Assembly (NCBI RefSeq): GCF_006345805.1
Contig: NC_043005.1
Location: 5,270,001-5,334,000 of the forward strand
DNA length: 64,000 nucleotides
From: Octopus sinensis
Lineage: Eukaryota
Reading direction: 5' to 3'
Part shown: piece by piece, positions 1 to 12,710 of the stretch
How positions within the stretch are numbered: the stretch's first letter is position 1
How the letters are laid out: each line of letters opens with the position of its first letter
The notes under the pieces: model-generated
The model's input: only the letters and a program-made list of their open reading frames with translations
What the model was told of the DNA's origin: nothing
Databases searched by the model: none
Translations under genes and position numbers: made by a program

Positions 1-94
1 CACTGTAACTCTTAATAATTTTTATAATCCATTGATTCTGTATATTTGTACTTACTTCTTCTTCTTCCTTGAGTATCAAATTTTGCCCTTGAGG

Positions 95-242
95 CACAGG
101 TGTGGCTATGTGTTCCAGCCACATGGTTTTGGATTCAGTCCCACTGTGTAACATGTTGGGTAAGTGTCTTCTACTATAGCCCTGAGGCTGACCAATGCCT
201 TGTGAGTGAAATTGGCAGACAAGAACTGTGTAGAAGTCCATC

Positions 243-291
<49 letters not shown>

Positions 292-476
292 ATTCAAACA
301 TGAACAAAGAGAAAACACAACAACACGAAGATGTGGAACAAGTATAGTGTTATTGGATGCTCAGGAAAGGAAAGAAAGAAGGAGGATTTAACGCTTCGAG
401 CGGAGCTCTTCGTCATAAACATAGAAAAAGGAAAGGTCCAAGGAAGGGAAGACGGAGAAAGAAAATTGCCAACGAT

Positions 477-540
<64 letters not shown>

Positions 541-970
541 AATATTTGCCTAGTGTTAGAACTCAATGTACATATGCTTCAGTACAAGACATCAGTAGAG
601 TACAGAGCAGTAATAAGAAATTGGGACAACAAAGGACTAAACAATAGTTGAGTTCTTGGATATCATCTTATAGCTTCATCGGAGATTATATATGTTGTGT
701 GTGTGTGTGTGGTGTGTGTGTGTGTGTGTTACTGTCTGCTTGCTTTGACTTCATGTGGTTGTTGTAAACGAGTGTCATTGTCATGCAAGTAGTGTTCTGC
801 TTTTCCAATCTTCTGTGAAAATATGTCTGGTTATGGGGAAATATTCTCCTGCTTGGAAGCAGGTGAGGGTGGATGACAAGAAGGGCATCTTGTTATAGAA
901 AATGCACTTCAAATATTTCTGCTGTTCCATACAAGCATGGGAAAATGGACATTATAATGATGCTGATGGT
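95..970 (+). mobile_element. Composite tRNA-derived SINE (head B + tail D) interrupted in its internal microsatellite by a hammerhead-bearing element
   Basis: Head (gtggctatgtg...ggattcagtcccact...gtaagtgtcttctactatagcc...aagaagtcca) at ~95-245, then (TA)n. Tail D (ggttgtaaacgagtgtc...aagggcatct...gaaaatggacattataatgatgctgat) at ~740-970. The same head and tail recur elsewhere in the window. Confidence 0.7.
288..660 (-). mobile_element. Short Penelope-like/retrozyme-like element with degenerate hammerhead motif at 386-416
   Basis: The - strand of 386-416 reads ATGACGAA GAGC TCC GCTC GAAG CGTT AAATCC. The element abuts (TA)n at 287 and has the same terminal architecture as copies at 30.6, 30.7, 61.6 and 62.3 kb. 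Confidence 0.6.
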
Positions 971-1314
971 AACGAAGCAGTTAGTAATGATACTGTTATA
1001 AAAAATCATTAGGTCTGGCATTCTCTATATTATCTCAGTTACTCTAAAAGTGATTAGCATGTGACATACCTTGTAAGATATTTCAGCCAAACACCCAGCT
1101 TTCATTTCCTTAATCCTTTGCCTCTCCAAAACATTTTTCATTAGTTTGTCCTAAACATCCATGCTTGTTTTCAAACTTGTAATTAGCCCTTGTTTCATAC
1201 GTTCTGAGTAACATACAGCTTTCCTTTCACAAGTTCCATTTATTCTGCTGGTTAAAAAAATGCCAGCGCATATCATATATGATATGTGAATGCCAGGGAA
1301 ATATTTCCTGCATA

Positions 1315-1680
1315 TCACATCATCATCATCATCGTTTCACGTCCGCTGGATGAATGACTGAGGGCTGGCAAACCAGATGGTGCACCAGGCTTCAATCTTG
1401 ATCTAGCAGAGTTTCTACAGCTGGATGCCCTTCCTAACGCCAACCACTCCAAGAGTGTAGTGGGTGCTTTTATATACCACCAGCATGGGGGCCAGTCAGG
1501 CAGTACTGGCAACGACCTCACTCGAATCTTTTACACATGCCACCGGCACAGATGCCAGTAAGGCGATGCTGGTAACGATCACACTCGGATGGTGTCTTTT
1601 ACGGAGGCCAGATATCTGCTCTGGAAACGATCACACTCGGATGGTGCTCTTAATACCCTACCAGCACGGGGTGATATACA
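1315..1680 (-). mobile_element. RTE-type LINE 3' tail fragment (tail C)
   Basis: Begins with (CAT)n, then the cgtttcacgtccg...ctggatgcccttcctaacgccaaccactcc motif; this is the reverse complement of the tail at 5160-5382. Confidence 0.75.
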
Positions 1681-2055
1681 AGACAGTTAAAGGGTTTATA
1701 ATGCTTTCAACCACGTTGTCAATTTCAATGGATGGTCCTTCTTTGGTCTGATATAGAATAGGCCCCTCTCTTCAATGCATTCTAATTCAATAAATTCTTC
1801 TTGCAGCAATTCCATGAGAGCAAATGTGCCAGTTATAATCCCAACACACATTTTTTATCCAATAACAGCTCATTTCTATTTGGTGCTGCACTGCTTGGCT
1901 TATAATCTACAATACTTTGCACATTTGATGTTCATGCCACAGAACAAGTGCCAACAACTTTTGACTTCCTCAGTTTCCTTGTTAAGTTCATCTGAAGTCT
2001 AGCTTCCCTTGTAGCTAGTTTAGATATACTGGCATATGTACGCACATACACAAAA

Positions 2056-2107
<52 letters not shown>

Positions 2108-2569
2108 TCACACATACATACGCATACTATATGCATACATTCATGCATCACACACATACATACATAGATACATAAATCTGCACTCACATATTCTGTCACA
2201 TGTATTTGCTTTAAATTCCAGACACTACCAAAGAAATACTCCCGAGAGATTTCAACAGTTAATGGTTTCAGTTGCCATGTTGCTAACTATTGGTAATTAC
2301 TTTACAAGAGAGAAGGTGGGGAGGTGTGTACATGGGTAGATAGATGGATAAGTAGCTAGCTATATATATATATATATATATAGATAGATATAAAAAAGAC
2401 AGACAGCCAGATAGATAGATGGATATATGAATTGATAGATGGATATAGATAAATAGAAACATGGATAAATTGATAGCTATACAGAGAGAGAAACTGACAG
2501 GTAATTAGATAAGATAGATAGACAGGCAGACACACAGATAGACAAGCGGACAACTAGCTGGCTAGCTAG

Positions 2570-2636
<67 letters not shown>

Positions 2637-2675
2637 AAATCAAATTGCGATAAAATAAAAATAATTATAATCGCT

Positions 2676-2712
<37 letters not shown>

Positions 2713-4116
2713 CGAGAAAGGGAGAGAGAGAGAGAGAGAGAATTGGTGCAGTATTTTAATTATATCATGGAATTATTCAGAATCACAAATCCATTTTAAT
2801 GTTTTTGGTTTGTGCCACATTTGCTCATAGACTTAACAGGGTGAAGCCTAGGGTCTCAAGCTTTAGGAGGCTCCCAGTGAAGGTGTATAGTATTTTCTTT
2901 CTTATATTTGAAGAGAGGTATCTTTTCTGAAATCTTATAGAAACATTAAACAATCTATGTGAGTTAATTCAATAACTTGTTTTGTTTTTATTGATTGACA
3001 TCACATAATTTTGCCTGACTTCACCATTGCATTGCTTAAAGGTCTTCTTTTAAAAATTTTTATGTCATCTTCACATTGTCATTGGTCTTGGGGTATCGTG
3101 TAGGGGCTCACAAGTGGAATAGTGTAGTACCTCTCTTCATTTAAGTTCAGAACTTGGTTGATTTATTTATTATGTCAGAAACATAAGCATGTTTGAAGAG
3201 AAATCTCATATAACTGCTGCTTAATGATACATGCTCCTACAACTCTGTGACTATCGCTTAAAAAAAACGAAAGGCATTTACTGGTGGTTGAGTTAAACCC
3301 AACAACAATGAGGGACAAAATGGCTGCATGTCTACCATAGCTTCAATCTTAAATAAATTAGATACAAGAGGGAGCATCTCTGGCAGGGGTTGGCAAAATG
3401 GAAAACTTTTGATATATCAATACAGTTGTTGTTTAATTCCTAATTAAGCCCTGATAAAGCAGACTTATGATTAAATATATTCCCAGCATGACCATCCTGT
3501 ATGTTATTCAGAATTGCAGCCAATGGATTCTTTCTTTCACGGAGTGGTAAAGTGTGTTTTAATGTTTATTTTTATCGAAATACACTGCCTTTGTTTCATT
3601 TAATTTTGAATATAAAGAACAGAAATGTGATAACAAAATGGTTAATTTTAGTTCCATATATTCGCTTAACAATGACAAAGTTATTTTACTAAATTCTTCA
3701 TTATTTTCAAACTTCATTGAAACAAAAGCAGTATATATCAGTAGAAAGAATTAAAGTGGCAGAATGTGATTTGAAAAGTATTTGGGTACTATTTCAAGCT
3801 AGCCTTGTAGAAGTCAAGTCAAAGTAGCCATGTTGAAGCTCTCTCATTTATGACAGTTCAAACACCAATGCAGAGACTTACTCTCTGACTTGAAGCTGTG
3901 TTTTATATTGTATCAAATTAGCCAGAGGGAAAATCATTCAGTGAAGGCAATAAATTACATTTTTTAAAAATTAATTTTATTTTTGTCTGATTATTTTTAG
4001 GTCAAGTGTTGTTAAGTATATTTACACCGTATAAGTAGGGATGAAGAGAACATGCTTTTTCACATTTCAAAATTGTTAATTAGTATGTACTGACACATAA
4101 TACTCTCCTTGCCACC

Positions 4117-4152
<36 letters not shown>

Positions 4153-4349
4153 CACACACACACACACACACATGCGCATACACACACATGCGCATACACA
4201 CACACATACACACATATTTTATAAACAGACTTTGGAAGCATTGAATGTGTTTGTAAAATATCAAACAACTAATCTAGGAAATGGAGAACTCCAATAGAAA
4301 GGCTTGAGGAAACACATGTAATGGTGAATAAACAATACCCAAAATTTGC

Positions 4350-4388
<39 letters not shown>

Positions 4389-4396
4389 GACTGTAC

Positions 4397-5380
4397 ATGG
4401 TAGTGAAACATGGGCCGTTGACTGCTGAGGACATGCATAAGCTTGCAAGGAATGAAGCCAGTATGCTCCAATGGATGTGTAATGTCAGTGTACATACTCG
4501 ACAGAGTGTAAGTGCCTTGAGAGTAAAGTTAAATCTAAGAAGCATCAGATGTGGTGTGCAAGACAGACGACTGTGCTTGTATGGCCATGTAGCAAGAATG
4601 GATGTGGATAGTTATGAGAAAAAGTGCCACACCCTAGCGGTTGAGCGAACCTGTGGAAGAGGTAAACCCAAGAAGACCTGGGATGAGGTGGGGAAGCACG
4701 ACCTTCAAACATTGGGCCTCACCGAGGCAATGGCTAGTGACTGGGACCCATAGACATATGCTGTGCTTGAGAAGACTCGGCAAGTGCAAGTAAGACCATA
4801 ACCTTGTGGCCTATGCCAGGGGTGTAACCAGTCCACTTATGCGTACCTTTCCTTCATTGGGCACTAAATTCTGCTTGCGAAGACCTGTTGAAGCAAGTGA
4901 AATCGAAATCAAATTTGATGACTGGCATCCATGCTAGTTGAGCGCTAAGAGTACCATACGAGCAAGATCGTTGCCAGAGCAACAAGTTGGCCTCTGTGCT
5001 GATGGCACATAAAAAACACCATTCGAGCATTATCGTTACCTGCGTCACCTTACTGGCACTTGTGCTGGTGGCACGTGAAAAAAACATTCGGGCGAGGTTC
5101 ATGCCAGTGCTGTTGGACTGGCTCCTGTGCTGGTGACACATAAAAAGCACCATTTGAGTGTGGCCATTGCCAGTACTTCCTGACTGGCCCTCATGCCGGT
5201 GGCATGTAAAAGCACTCACTACACTCCTGGAGTGGTTGGCATTAGGAAAGGCATCCAGCTGTAGAAACTCTGCCAGATCAGATTGGAGCCTGGTGCAGCC
5301 ATCTGGTTCGCCAGACCTCAGTCAAATCGTCCAACCCCTGCTAGCATGGAAAGCGGATGTTAAACGATGATGATGATGAT

Positions 5381-5382
<2 letters not shown>
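4397..5382 (+). mobile_element. 5'-truncated RTE-clade LINE: degenerate ORF2 C-terminus plus long 3' UTR ending in (GAT)n
   Basis: ORF 4397-4753 contains RRLCLYGHVARM...GRGKPKKTWDE, matching the RTE ORF2 terminal motif (RLxWxGHVxRM...GRPxxxW). The tail ends aacgatgatgatgatgat at ~5365-5382. Confidence 0.85.
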
Positions 5383-5446
<64 letters not shown>

Positions 5447-5519
5447 AAAGTACAGTAAACTTTAAGAGTACTCTTGATGACAAAATCAATGTTAGAATGT
5501 CTGATGTTACAAATGCTTT

Positions 5520-6555
5520 TGGAAAAATTTCTCATTGTTTGTAAGATTTAGGTTTCTGTCGAGTTTTTTTGCACAGCTCTATCTAGTATGCTCCAAAGAT
5601 TTTCAATTGGGTTCATGTCAAGAGATTGGCTTGGTCAAGGAAGCTTTTTGATCCCATTTTCAGTCAACCATTGTTGATTCCTTTTCGCTGTGTGGCGTGG
5701 AGCCCCATCTTCCATGAATAAAAACTCATTTTTCGTTATGTTATCACGTGAATACATTGGAGGTAGTCCTTAAGTATTTCGATGTATTTTTCAGAGTTTA
5801 TGGTTCCAACACATTCGATCAGAATGACCATTACTGGTGACAGCTCCCCATTCCATTACAGAGATACTGCCATGTTTCACATTGGTTGGAGTCGTTTCAA
5901 ATCAAATTCTTGATTGGGAAGCCTCCAGACCCAAACATGTCCACTGTCTGAAAATAATGCAAATCTGGATTCATCTGAAGAAACCACTCTATCCCAAAAT
6001 GAACTGGATTTTTCTGACATCTCCTTAGCCCATTTCTTTCTTTTCATGATATTAATTGGTTGAAGGAGAGGTTTTCTTCTTGCTGCTCGTCCATAACACT
6101 CAAGCTTATGCAGATATGTAACACACGTTCTTGGACTAGCTTCTAACTGTTTTGCAATGTCAGAAGCCTTCGAACAGGGTTTATTTTTTACAATTCTCTT
6201 CAAACAGTGAAGCTTCCTTTCCAAGGGCCCAGGTCAGCTTGGATGAGAATCTGTTGATGCTTTTCCTTGGCTTTTGAATTGCACTATAATTCTATTAACA
6301 TTAGCAAGAGGAATTTGAAGATTTTCTGCAATTTTTCACTGGCTAAGTTCAGCCTTAGATTGACCAACAATATGACCTCTTTGAAAATCTGACAGTTCTG
6401 CTGAATTTTTTGTGCATGGCATGGTTACTCTTCGCAAATGTTTAATATAATGGCAACTAAAATGAAAAAGAATAATTACATTGTAAAATCTACACTGCTG
6501 AAAACATATTAAGATGCTTAAATCAGAAATTTTGAAAATTAAAGGTGTCTATTTA
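5520..6555 (-). mobile_element. Tc1-family (DD34E) DNA transposon remnant; transposase pseudogene starting at 6422
   Basis: Manual - strand translation gives MPCTKNSAELSDFQRGHIVG (HTH), then SDESRF (first D), MEDGAPRH (second D) and DMNPIENLW (E), with 34 residues between the second D and E. There are several in-frame stops. A possible terminal sequence lies at ~6520-6560; no matching second TIR was found. Confidence 0.9.
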
Positions 6556-6599
6556 CTTCCTGCTTGTCTGTGTGTGTGTATGTGTATATATATATCATC

Positions 6600-6789
6600 A
6601 TCATCATCATCATTGTTGTTGTCGTTTAATGTCTGCTTTCCATGCTGACATGGGTTGCACGCTTTGACTGAGGACTGGCAAGCCAGAAGGCTGTACCAGG
6701 CTGCAATCTGATCTGGCAAGGTTTCTACAGCTTGATGCCCTTCCTAATGCCAACCACTCCGAGAGTGTAGTGGGTGCTTTTTATGTGCC

Positions 6790-6827
<38 letters not shown>

Positions 6828-7010
6828 ATAGTATATGTAGTATATACACAGTGGGCTTCTTTCAGTTTTTGTCTACTATATCCACTCATAAAGCTTTGGT
6901 TAACCCAGGGCTATAGTAGAAGTCACTTGCCCAAGGGGCCATACAGTGGGATTGAACCCAAAACCACATTGTTACAAAGTGTACCTCTTAATCACATGGC
7001 CATGTCTACT
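6600..7010 (-). mobile_element. SINE head B joined through (CA)n to RTE tail C
   Basis: Head B reverse complement at 6850-7010; tail C at 6600-6790, ending in (GAT)n on the - strand. Confidence 0.65.
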
Positions 7011-7554
7011 TCTATTGTGTGTGTGTGTGTGTGTGTGTGTACATATACATTATTGAAACAGTCATCAAAATGAGCCACACAGCAACCAAATATCAAGGGA
7101 AATTTGAAATTTCTGGTATACATTTCTCTAGTGTGCCAGAATTTACATGTATGCACATGTGTAAGTAAAATACACACACACACACACACACAAGCGCATA
7201 CTCTATCTATCTATTTATATGTATATTTCAAAGTTAAATTTTAAAAGCCCAAGGAGATGATAATATCACCCACCATTGCCTCATTAAAACTGTGTGACAT
7301 TACTGTAGTCTGTGAAGAAACTGTGTCAGTCTTACTCTAAAACAATGTCTGTATTTAATCAGTTAGAAAATAAATAAATTAAAACAAACCAAGGATTAAC
7401 ACATAAACCAAAAGAAAACAAAATTAACTAAAAAACTGTCACTGCTCTCTGGGATGTAGTAATGATGTTGGTGGTGGTAAGTTATCCTGAATAGCAATGG
7501 TAGCCAGCCTCTGAATAGTTAGCCAATAACAAATTAATCTTTTGGCTTAAGTTA

Positions 7555-8060
7555 ACCCTTTGTTTCCATATTTCTGTTGAAATACACTGCCTTTGTTTCA
7601 ATTAATTTTGAAAATAATGACGAATTTAGTAAAATAACTTTATCATTGTTAAGCTGATGTTTGGAACATAAATTAACATGAAATTTTGATGGGAGGTTTT
7701 ATTTGGATTATTTTAACCTTTTTGTTACTGAATTTCTATTGAAATCTACTGCCTTTATTTCAGTTAATTTTTAAAATAATGAAGAAGTTACTGATATAAA
7801 TTTCTCAATATTAAGTTAATGTTTGGAACTTAAATTTAATGGAATATTTTTTCAATCACTTTGACCCTTATGTTACCATATTTCTGTTCAAATACCCTGC
7901 CTTTGTTTTATTTTCAAAAGAATGAAGAATTTAGTAAAATAACTTTGTCATTATTAAGCTGGTGTTTGGAACATTAACATAAAATTTTGATGGGAAATTT
8001 AAATTTAGATTACTTCAAAACAGGGAATTTGTAGCATAGAACCATGGATGATTTCAGGCA
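7555..8060 (+). mobile_element. Three tandem partial copies of TTAA/CCCT-ended MITE family M1 (piggyBac-like)
   Basis: ttaaccctttg(t/a)tt(t/a)c...ctgttgaaatacactgcctttgtttcaattaattttgaaaataatgaagaatttagtaaaataac restarts at ~7555, ~7715 and ~7865. Confidence 0.75.
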
Positions 8061-9534
8061 AGTTGCTATAAAAAAAACCGAACAGAAGCTCTGGTAAAGA
8101 GTGTTGTGGATTATATAGAATTTCATTCCAACTGATATCACTGGTATTTCTATCTTTATTGGCACCCAAGGTTTGTTGAACTCAGAAAGAATGCCTCAAA
8201 GAGATTAAGAAGTATCCAAATTATGAATAAGTGTTTATGCTTTATTGTGCTCTATTCTTAAGATGTCTTCTTCCCTATTCTGTTTTGTTAAAATGTATAA
8301 TGACAATGATGACTGTAGTGTCACCATTGTCATCATCACTATCACCACCACTACAACCACCATCATCACCACCACTAATGTTTTGATACCTGATTTAGTA
8401 GAGGGTCACAAGATTGTCCATCATCATTCCAACAACTTTGGCCAGCTTTTTGTGAATTCAATATTTCTACCATCCGAGGGTGGCAAGCTGCCATAATCCT
8501 TAGCACACCAAGCAAAACGCTTGGAAGCATTTTCTCTGTTTATAACATTCTGAGTTCAAATTCCACCGAGGTTGATTTTACCTTTCATCCTTGATAAAAC
8601 AAGTACCAGTTGAACATTGGGGTCAATGTAATTGACTTATCCCCTCCCACAAAATTGTTGGCTTTGTGCCAAAATTTAAAATTAATATTCCTACCACCCA
8701 TAAACATACAAAAACTCCATTTTTTTTTCACACTCAGAACTGACAAAGCATGAAATAAACTACCCACATCAGTTCTTAACCTGTCAGGACACTGAATCCT
8801 TCAAAACCGCCATTCTTACCCAAATTCCCCAGCACTACTCTCAGCATGCCTAAGCACCCCTTTTCTCTTTATGGCTTTTTTGTGTTTTATTCTGGGTGCA
8901 CGTTCTATTAGCTTTCACCAATGTCTTTCTTTACTTGCTGTTGCATGATCCATAGTGAAGATTGCCCTGCCAGCCTCCTTTAGTTGGGAGGGGCAGGCAA
9001 TTTTCATTTGTCTGATGGCTGTAGCAAAAGGGGTAGTATGGTGGACTCATTTGAAAGGGCTAAAGTCAGACATTTTCCTCTTTGGCCAAACCCTCATCAA
9101 CTTTTTCAAGTTTCACTTGAGAAAAGGAAAGTGAGGGTGGAGAGGGAAGTGTTGTCTTCTGGCAAGTTTATTGAATGGTGGGTAAATGTTGGGTAAATGG
9201 CCAGTGTGAATGGACCAATTCTGAGAATACACCTCTAAAAAGAATAAAAGGAGAAGGGCTCTTGCCCTGTTGTTCAGGCACCCGTGGCTTTTTGTAGGTT
9301 TTCCCGCAAGTAACCTTTTAAGTAACCCCCCCCCACTACTGGGAGTTTTGCTTGTTACTTCTGTTTTGTTATTTAATGTTTACACGAATGTGAAAACCCT
9401 TTGTATTGTCTTGTGTTGTCTTTTATATATATAATTTATATTAGCTCTTGTGGCCAGTAAAAGAATAAATCATCATCATCATCATCATTATTATTATTAT
9501 TTCTGCTATTATTATTATTGTTGTTGTTGTTGTT

Positions 9535-9751
9535 AAGGGGGTGAACTGGCAGAATTGCTAGGTCATAGGACCAAATGCTTAACGACATTTCTTTGGTCCT
9601 TGACAAAGCTTGACTTTGGCAATGGCTTCCATCCTTGCGGGGCTGATAAATCAAGTACCAGTTGAGTACTGGGGTTGATGTAATCAACTAGCTTCTCCTT
9701 CCAAAGTTTTAGGCCTTGTGCTTATGGTAGAAAGAATCATCATCATCATCA

Positions 9752-9785
<34 letters not shown>

Positions 9786-10005
9786 AAAGGCGGCGAGCTG
9801 CCAAAATTGTTAGCATGCTGGGTGAAAAGCTTAGTGGTATTTTGTCTGTCACTACGTTCTGAGACCAAAGTCCGCTGAGGTTGATTTTGCCTTTCATCCT
9901 TTCAGGGTTGATAAGTTAAATACCAGTTAAACACTGGAGTCGATGTGATCAACTTATTCCCTCTCCCAAAATGGTTGCCCTTGTGGCAAAATTTGAAACT
10001 ATTAT
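9535..10005 (+). mobile_element. Two tandem tRNA-derived SINE family A copies (Meta-domain-like core)
   Basis: A-box-like tggcagaattgctag / ctgccaaaattgttag, core gcctttcatcctttcagggttgataagttaaataccag, (ATT)n tails. The core resembles the MetaSINE/Sauria-SINE domain (from recall). Confidence 0.75.
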
Positions 10006-10251
10006 TATTATTGTTAAAAGATGGTACTCTAGCATTGTTTCAGTCTAATAAAAAGGGTATTTAAGAAATAATTCTTTAACCCAGCAAACCACATTAAATA
10101 AATTCAAGAAAAATTCCACCTTATTTCCCAAAAGTATATAAACAGTATATCGCATTCTGTTGTCAAATGTGATATATCATCACTATAGGGTGTCTGTCTC
10201 TCTATTAAGATATAACTACCATGTCTTTACCTTTACTCTGTGCAATAGTAA

Positions 10252-10460
10252 CTGGATCATTCTAGCATGTGCCTTAGTGACTATGTCACACTAACATGTG
10301 CCTTCACAACTAGATCACTTTAACATGATTCTTAATAGCTAGGTCACTAACATGTGCCTTAGTAACTAGGTCACCCTAACATGGTTCATAGTAAATAGGT
10401 CATTCTAACATGTGCCTTAGTAAGTAGGTCACTCATGTTCCTTAGTGATTAGGGTTATTT
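10252..10460. repeat. Degenerate ~29-bp minisatellite, about 7 units
   Basis: Units approximate ctaggtcactctaacatgtgccttagtaa. Confidence 0.75.
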
Positions 10461-11329
10461 TAATATCTCCTGGTTAGTCTGTTCTGTACTGAATAATATG
10501 ATGCATCATCATTTAATGTTCATTTTTGTTTGTTTGTATGGGTTAGCTGGAATTAATTGTGGTAGATTTTCTATGGCTGGATGCCTTCCTGTCACCAACC
10601 CTCACCTATTTCCAAATAAGGTAATCTTTCCCTCTGGTCTGACATGGTTTTCATGAAAGATTGAAAATGAAAGACACTGCTGTGTAACAGTGGCACTCAT
10701 TTACAACTATCACACACTGTCAAGACAAAGGGACACCAACTCAAATATACATGCACACACATATACTTACATGTGTATATATGTATGTACACGCACTCAC
10801 ACACAACAGGCTTCCACACACTTTCCAACTACCAAATTCACTCACAAAGTATTGGCCGGCTATGGCTATAGTAGAAGACACTTAATCAAGGTGCCATGCA
10901 GTGGGATTGAATATGGAACTGTATGCCTGCACCTACGTATATTACAATAGTGTGCATCTTGCTGATTTACCACATTTCAGAGACTAGATCCGTCTTTAAC
11001 ATGTCTGGGTTGCTTTTTACTGAATAAAATGACAATTTTACTTTTTACTAGGATATTCTACTCTGTTGCTTTCTATAATGGCCTTATGTTGAATATCATA
11101 ATGTGTCTTCTTCAGTGATGGATCCCTAGTTTTGACTCGTCTGCACTGGCTAGCATACAACAAAGCAAATGACTTTCTCTCTCTTCCTCATGTTTTCAGA
11201 TAAAGAGTAATCATCTGAAACACTGGATACTTCACTCTCTATTGAGCAACTGAGATTATCAAATGCTTCTAGAACTCTCCAGTAGTCTAAACTAACATCC
11301 ATTCCATCCATCCATCTTCTCTGCCCTTT

Positions 11330-11780
11330 CCTCATGGGAAAGTCATGAGACGCCTCCTCCATAAGAGGAAGCAGGCAGTTGTAATTACACTTTCTGGCTG
11401 GATTCCCAAGTGTGACTAATTGAGGCAATGGATATTATCCAACCATCTCATTTTTGGTCTCCCTCTTGGCCCCTTGCTGGTTGGTTCAGGTTGGAGAATC
11501 CTTCTTGTGATCCCTTCCCTCTGACATTCTAATCACATGTCCATAGTATTGGAGTTTTGCCTTCTTAGTGCAGAAAACAATGGCTTGACCTACAGAGACT
11601 CCTTGATCTCTGAGTAACCCTACTCCAGTGATCCTTCAGCAGAACCCATTTGTATTCATGATCATACTCTTTTGGTCATTACCATATCTGATGATCATAT
11701 TGCTATCCTCCATCTGCAGCCCATTCTCTAGGAGAACGGCTCTGATGAGAACTATACTAAAATGTCCTTCCTAAGTAAAT
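11330..11780 (-). mobile_element. Degenerate RTE-type LINE ORF2 C-terminal fragment
   Basis: The - strand reads KAKLQYYGHVIRMSEGRITRRILQPEPTSKGQEGRPKMRWLDNI. Confidence 0.75.
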
Positions 11781-11869
11781 AGCTACTTCATTGATTAACT
11801 GATTTCAATACATCTCACTGAAAGCCAAATACGTTAACTTACTAGGGTACACTAGATTGACTCCCTTAA

Positions 11870-12710
11870 TCCTTTTGTTACGATATTTCTGTTGAAATAC
11901 ACTGCTTTTGTTTTAATTAATTTTGAAAATAATGCAGAATTTAGTAAAACAACTGTCATTATTAAGTTGGTGTTTGGAACATAAACTGATTTTAGATTTT
12001 GGCACAAGGTCAGCAGGTTTGGGGAAGGGACTTAGTTGATTATGTCAACTCCAGTGTTCAGCTGGTACTTATTTTATTGACCCCGAAAGGATGAAAGGCA
12101 AAGTGAACCTTGGCAGAATTTGAACTGAGAATGTGAAGACGGATGAGGGATGCTATGTTTGGAACATAAATTAATGAGAAAATTACAAGATGGAAGGTTT
12201 CAATTGATTCCTTGAACCAGTTGCAGTTTCAGGTGGGTTGGTATGAAAAGGGTTAAAAAATAGAAAGAAGATTAGAGAATGCTACAAATTTTCAGCTTTA
12301 ACCCTTTAGAATTCAGATTATTCTGTCAAACGTAATGCTTATTTATTCACATTATTTTGAATTAATCATGCATTATCTTATAGTGCCAAGATTTTGATGA
12401 TGTGATCAGAATCTTCCATCAAAATTTCATGTTAATTTGTTCCAAGCATCATACTTATGTCGAAATAATATACAGTATATTTCAACATAAATATAATGTT
12501 TGGAACAAATTAACATGAAATTTTGATTCAATTAATTTTGAAAATAATGAATTTACTGAAATACTTTTTTCAATATTAAGTTAGTATATGGAATTTAAAT
12601 TTTCATAAAATTTTGATGGAATATTTTAATTTAAATCATTTTAAAACATGAAGTTTGTGTCATAGACCGAGGGTTTGTCAAGGGTGGGCTGGTATCAAAA
12701 GCTTAACACT
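11870..12710 (+). mobile_element. Nested MITE cluster: M1 interrupted by SINE A (-), followed by M2 and M1 pieces
   Basis: gtttggaacataaa is duplicated either side of the SINE (~11972 and ~12157). M2 starts ttaaccctttagaattcagatt at ~12298. Confidence 0.7.

Noticed and set aside
5877-6224. 115-aa ORF as an active transposase
   Set aside because: It is only a stop-free fragment of a Tc1 copy that has multiple nonsense mutations and a missing end.
11150-11428. 92-aa minus-strand ORF
   Set aside because: It overlaps the 3' end of an RTE LINE remnant and has no supporting splice structure.
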